From positions 39,990,001-40,054,000 of the forward strand of contig NW_027266264.1 of the NCBI RefSeq assembly GCF_022045235.1: 64,000 nt of DNA. The letters run 5' to 3'. This document shows positions 60,814 through 64,000 of this stretch, piece after piece. A model generated the notes under the pieces. That model was given only the letters and a program-made list of their open reading frames with translations, ran no database searches and was not told the origin of the DNA. This stretch comes from Haliotis cracherodii. Lineage: Eukaryota. The position numbers and the translations under genes are program-made. Numbering within the stretch: position 1 is the first letter of the stretch; each line of letters opens with the position of its first letter.

Positions 60814-62283
60814 GTAAGATGAAAAAACACATACTACTTAATGTTCAAGGGGTATGATTGAGTAGGTCACGTCACGTGGTTATGAAATGCTGAAGCTACC
60901 TGGCAGGTGACGTCTTCTGAAGAGGTGAACAGACTGTTTCAAATATTCAGTTTTGTACTCATAAGGTGGTCATTTTACAAACACTAAGATGATAGATTCA
61001 TATTCGATCGTGCTCCACGCCAGGAGAAAAAATCACCATCTGCTTTGACGCTAGGCCTCGCTGACGTAGCTTCATTCACGTGGATGAGTAGTAGCCAAAT
61101 ACTCATTCAGTTCACCTCGGTGGAGCAAGCATTATTGTTTTGTATTTTGGAAATATACCTACTGTACATTTGGTGCCTATAAATGTTACAATTACGGGGT
61201 TTGACAAAACCTCTAAATCGAAAAAATTTGGTTTATCATCATTCTTAAAGAAAAAAATGAGAAAATAATCGCGAAGTCTTTGGTAATAGCAGACGTGACG
61301 AGTAAAATTGATTGCTTTCATGCAATGACGCCATCTAGCGCAGATAACCTCGGAAAATAGTTATCACTATCCGCTAAAGAATCTCTATGATTATCATACG
61401 AATTCTTGGAAAACACATACAAGTCGGCCTGAACGAACATCTTGACGTCATTATGTTACGTCACCTGCTACTTACACAAGTGACTCTGTTCCCTCGTTGA
61501 GTTACCACACTAAATGTTCGTAGTAGCAAGAGGGATCTTATTTGGCACACACAAATATTTCACCAAAACTACGTCTCTGTAACTTGTAATGATATTTTTA
61601 CCTTCGTCAAAACCCATTCAGCCAGTAAAATTCCCGACACACCGTTAGTGACACATGTTACTCCATGTACACTCCATGTACACTCCATGTACACTCCATG
61701 TACACTCTATTATTATGACATCCTAACGTTGCACAGACAAGATGTTCAATCTTTATGACGTACCAGGCGTGACGTCACAGTACCTGACAGACCTAGGGCA
61801 CGTTGCAAGCCACGAATCGCTTAGAGAAGGCAAATTAATCGCTCATCTCAGGGTCTGCAACGCAACCCTAGAGAAGAGCCATATGCTGAGTTTGAATTTT
61901 AGAAAATGGCAACCGGTCCAATTTTAGAAAAAAAGTTCCGAAGAAAATATTTCCTCTGACGGTGATGCGGTCATATGGAAAAATGTGGCTTAACGTAGGT
62001 TAGATACTTAATGGACCTTTCAAGTCAGGATTGTAAGATGTCCTAGTAGAATGCGTTTTTATACAGGTGACAAATTCATACTTTATGCGGTACAACAAAC
62101 ACATTCGTGGAAACTCATTCATTTCAAACGTCTCTCTGCTTATTGAAGCAACTATTTGATTATATACACGTCGACGAACCGTACATATATTTCCTTTCCC
62201 TGTCATGTTACTTTTTGCTTACTCACAAAGAGTATCAACATTCTACCCCAGTGCGCCCGACCCGTGCCGACCCACGAGTAGCC

Positions 62284-63803
62284 ATGTCCTATGCTTTTGT
62301 TGTGTTGCTGTGTGCGACGCTGTGTGGAGCTGTGCCCGTGCTCAAATTTCAAAGCTGGCTCCCTATTCCTGACGCCTCCAACCGCCTTCTTCCTTTCCTG
62401 GGAACCGCAGACAAGGTGGCCTGGGACGACCAGGAGAACTACCTCTATGTAATAGGTAATGTACATTATTGGTGTGTTTGTTTGTTGTTTAACGCCACGC
62501 TCAGCAATATTACAGCTATATGACGGCGTTCTGTAAGTAATCGAGTCTCGACCAGACAATCCAGTGATTGATATCATGAGCATCCATCTACGCAATTGGG
62601 ATCCGAAGACATGCATCAACCAAATCAGCAAGCCTGACCACCCGATCCCGTTAGTCGCCTCTTAGAACAGGCATAGTGGCCTTTTACGGGAAGCATGGGT
62701 TGCTGAAGATGTATTCCAACCCGTTATTGGCTACACAAGGCTGGTCATTTTACGAAATACATAATTCTGATGGTTATTTGAAATGGCGTCCCACATATCA
62801 TTATCTTCAATCATTTAATATTTGCAGAACTTCCACTAAGCCCCACTATTAAATATTATTCCGAGCTTGTAGTGTCACTTCATTTCATACATTGTGTTTC
62901 AGGGGCCCAATCTGAGACTCTACATATTGTGGATCTGGTGAATCACAGCGATCCCCATATTGTGTTCACTCGTGTATTCAGCGAGATCACAGATGGTATC
63001 CCAAAGGCTATTGCATTCTGTCGTAGCCCCCAGCGTGAAGAATTGGTCGTAGCGTTCTCCGCCAAGGAAAGGCTGAATGAGGGCCATGTTGAGGTCTTCA
63101 AGCCGTTTCTCCGATTCGACCAGACACTTACACTTCTCGGGCGTGTATCAAGTACAGTAACGTCAACTATCACAAATTCGAACATTACGAAGTAACAGCT
63201 ATTGCGAACAAGAAATTATAAGTTTGTAATAATCAGATAGCCTATCACATCATACATGTGTCATGTTTATGCCTGTTCTACACTATCTACTATGCAACAA
63301 CATGTGTCTATTATTATACAGTCCGAGGGTCTTGATTTAGCATATTTGGCATTTACTTTAAAGTTTTAAAAACGTCATTTGTTTAATTACATTTACTTAA
63401 CCGAGAATCGTGAAAAGTTCGTACCAGGCGCCATCTTGTTTTCTAACAGACCAGTCAATATTCATCACGTTAGAGGTCAATACTGATTATGTGACGAGTA
63501 AATATTCAAGGTCAGTGTCATTCACATGATTTCGGGGTCTGCATTGGAATGTATCGTTTCGTCACGTGGTACGGATTAACCAATGGAATTGCAAAGTTTG
63601 TAATAGAGGCATAACAACTTCTTATATTTGTCAGCTGAATCGGACCCATCTGCTGTAAAGTTTGACAGTACCTGCTTTCATTTTGTCGTGGCCTGCGAGG
63701 GTCTGCCTGGCAAGAGAAACAACGCGTTTGAGGATCCTTTGGGTCACGTGGACGTGTTTGAACCCCAAGTGAATGGCTGGACCAAACTCACCATCAATTT
63801 CCA
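62284..63803 (+). CDS. msp130: Divergent msp130-like paralog, copy C; first three coding exons, continues beyond window
   Basis: Exons 62284-62455 (signal peptide..AWDDQENYLYVIG), 62903-63151 (TLHIVDL..DGIPKAIAFCR..EGHV) and 63635-63803 (DPSAVKFDSTCFHFVVACEGLPG..FEDPLGHVDV..TINF). Intron phases 1,1,2 are the same as in copies A and B. Confidence 0.85.
62472..62722 (-). mobile_element. SINE in intron 1 of copy C (same family as 12242-12512)
   Basis: Colinear with 12242-12512 over about 250 bp, including the (TTTG)n tail. Confidence 0.8.
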
Positions 63804-64000
63804 GTGAGAAAAAGGCTACAATAAACTATTACAATACACAAGCAGGTTGAAATTTTAAAAACTTTTTAAAGTTGACATTCTTCTTTATCATCTCTTGTGT
63901 TAAAACCACGTGTCTTCGTTTAAACAATATAAAACTTGCAGATTAAATCATTCCCATGTAAACCGTATAGGATTTCCCTATCTGACACTGACGATGCACT

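Noticed and set aside
28653-63803. Bacterial contamination or recent HGT explaining the choice-of-anchor I similarity
   Set aside because: The genes have nine spliceosomal introns with conserved phases, polyA signals and host SINE/TE insertions.

Overview
Eukaryotic (animal) genomic DNA, most likely a mollusc. The SINE families and msp130-like genes resemble what I recall of gastropods such as abalone; this is unverified inference. (1) 1-8449: right arm of a recently decayed Polinton/Maverick (adintovirus-like) endogenous virus. It carries the major and minor capsid genes, a cupiennin-like core protein, a small membrane protein, a chromodomain integrase, a conserved hypothetical gene, two pX-like paralogs, a packaging ATPase and a CpG-rich terminus ending ...ACTACT. 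It is inserted precisely into the RT motif of an older LINE. (2) 8450-26500: nested mobile-element debris: LINEs, tRNA-derived SINEs, a near full-length Tx1/L1 LINE with a Crypton-type tyrosine-recombinase element between ORF1 and ORF2, and a second unrelated Polinton relic (zinc fingers + pPolB N-terminus). (3) 28.6-64 kb: a tandem cluster of three spliced msp130-like (choice-of-anchor I / alkaline-phosphatase-related) secreted-protein genes. I reconstructed them by hand: two complete 10-coding-exon genes showing patchwork identity suggestive of gene conversion, and the first three exons of a divergent third. Five unrelated minisatellite arrays, a GT microsatellite with assembly gaps, and a Tc1/mariner relic are interleaved. 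No CRISPR, rRNA or bona fide tRNA genes were found.
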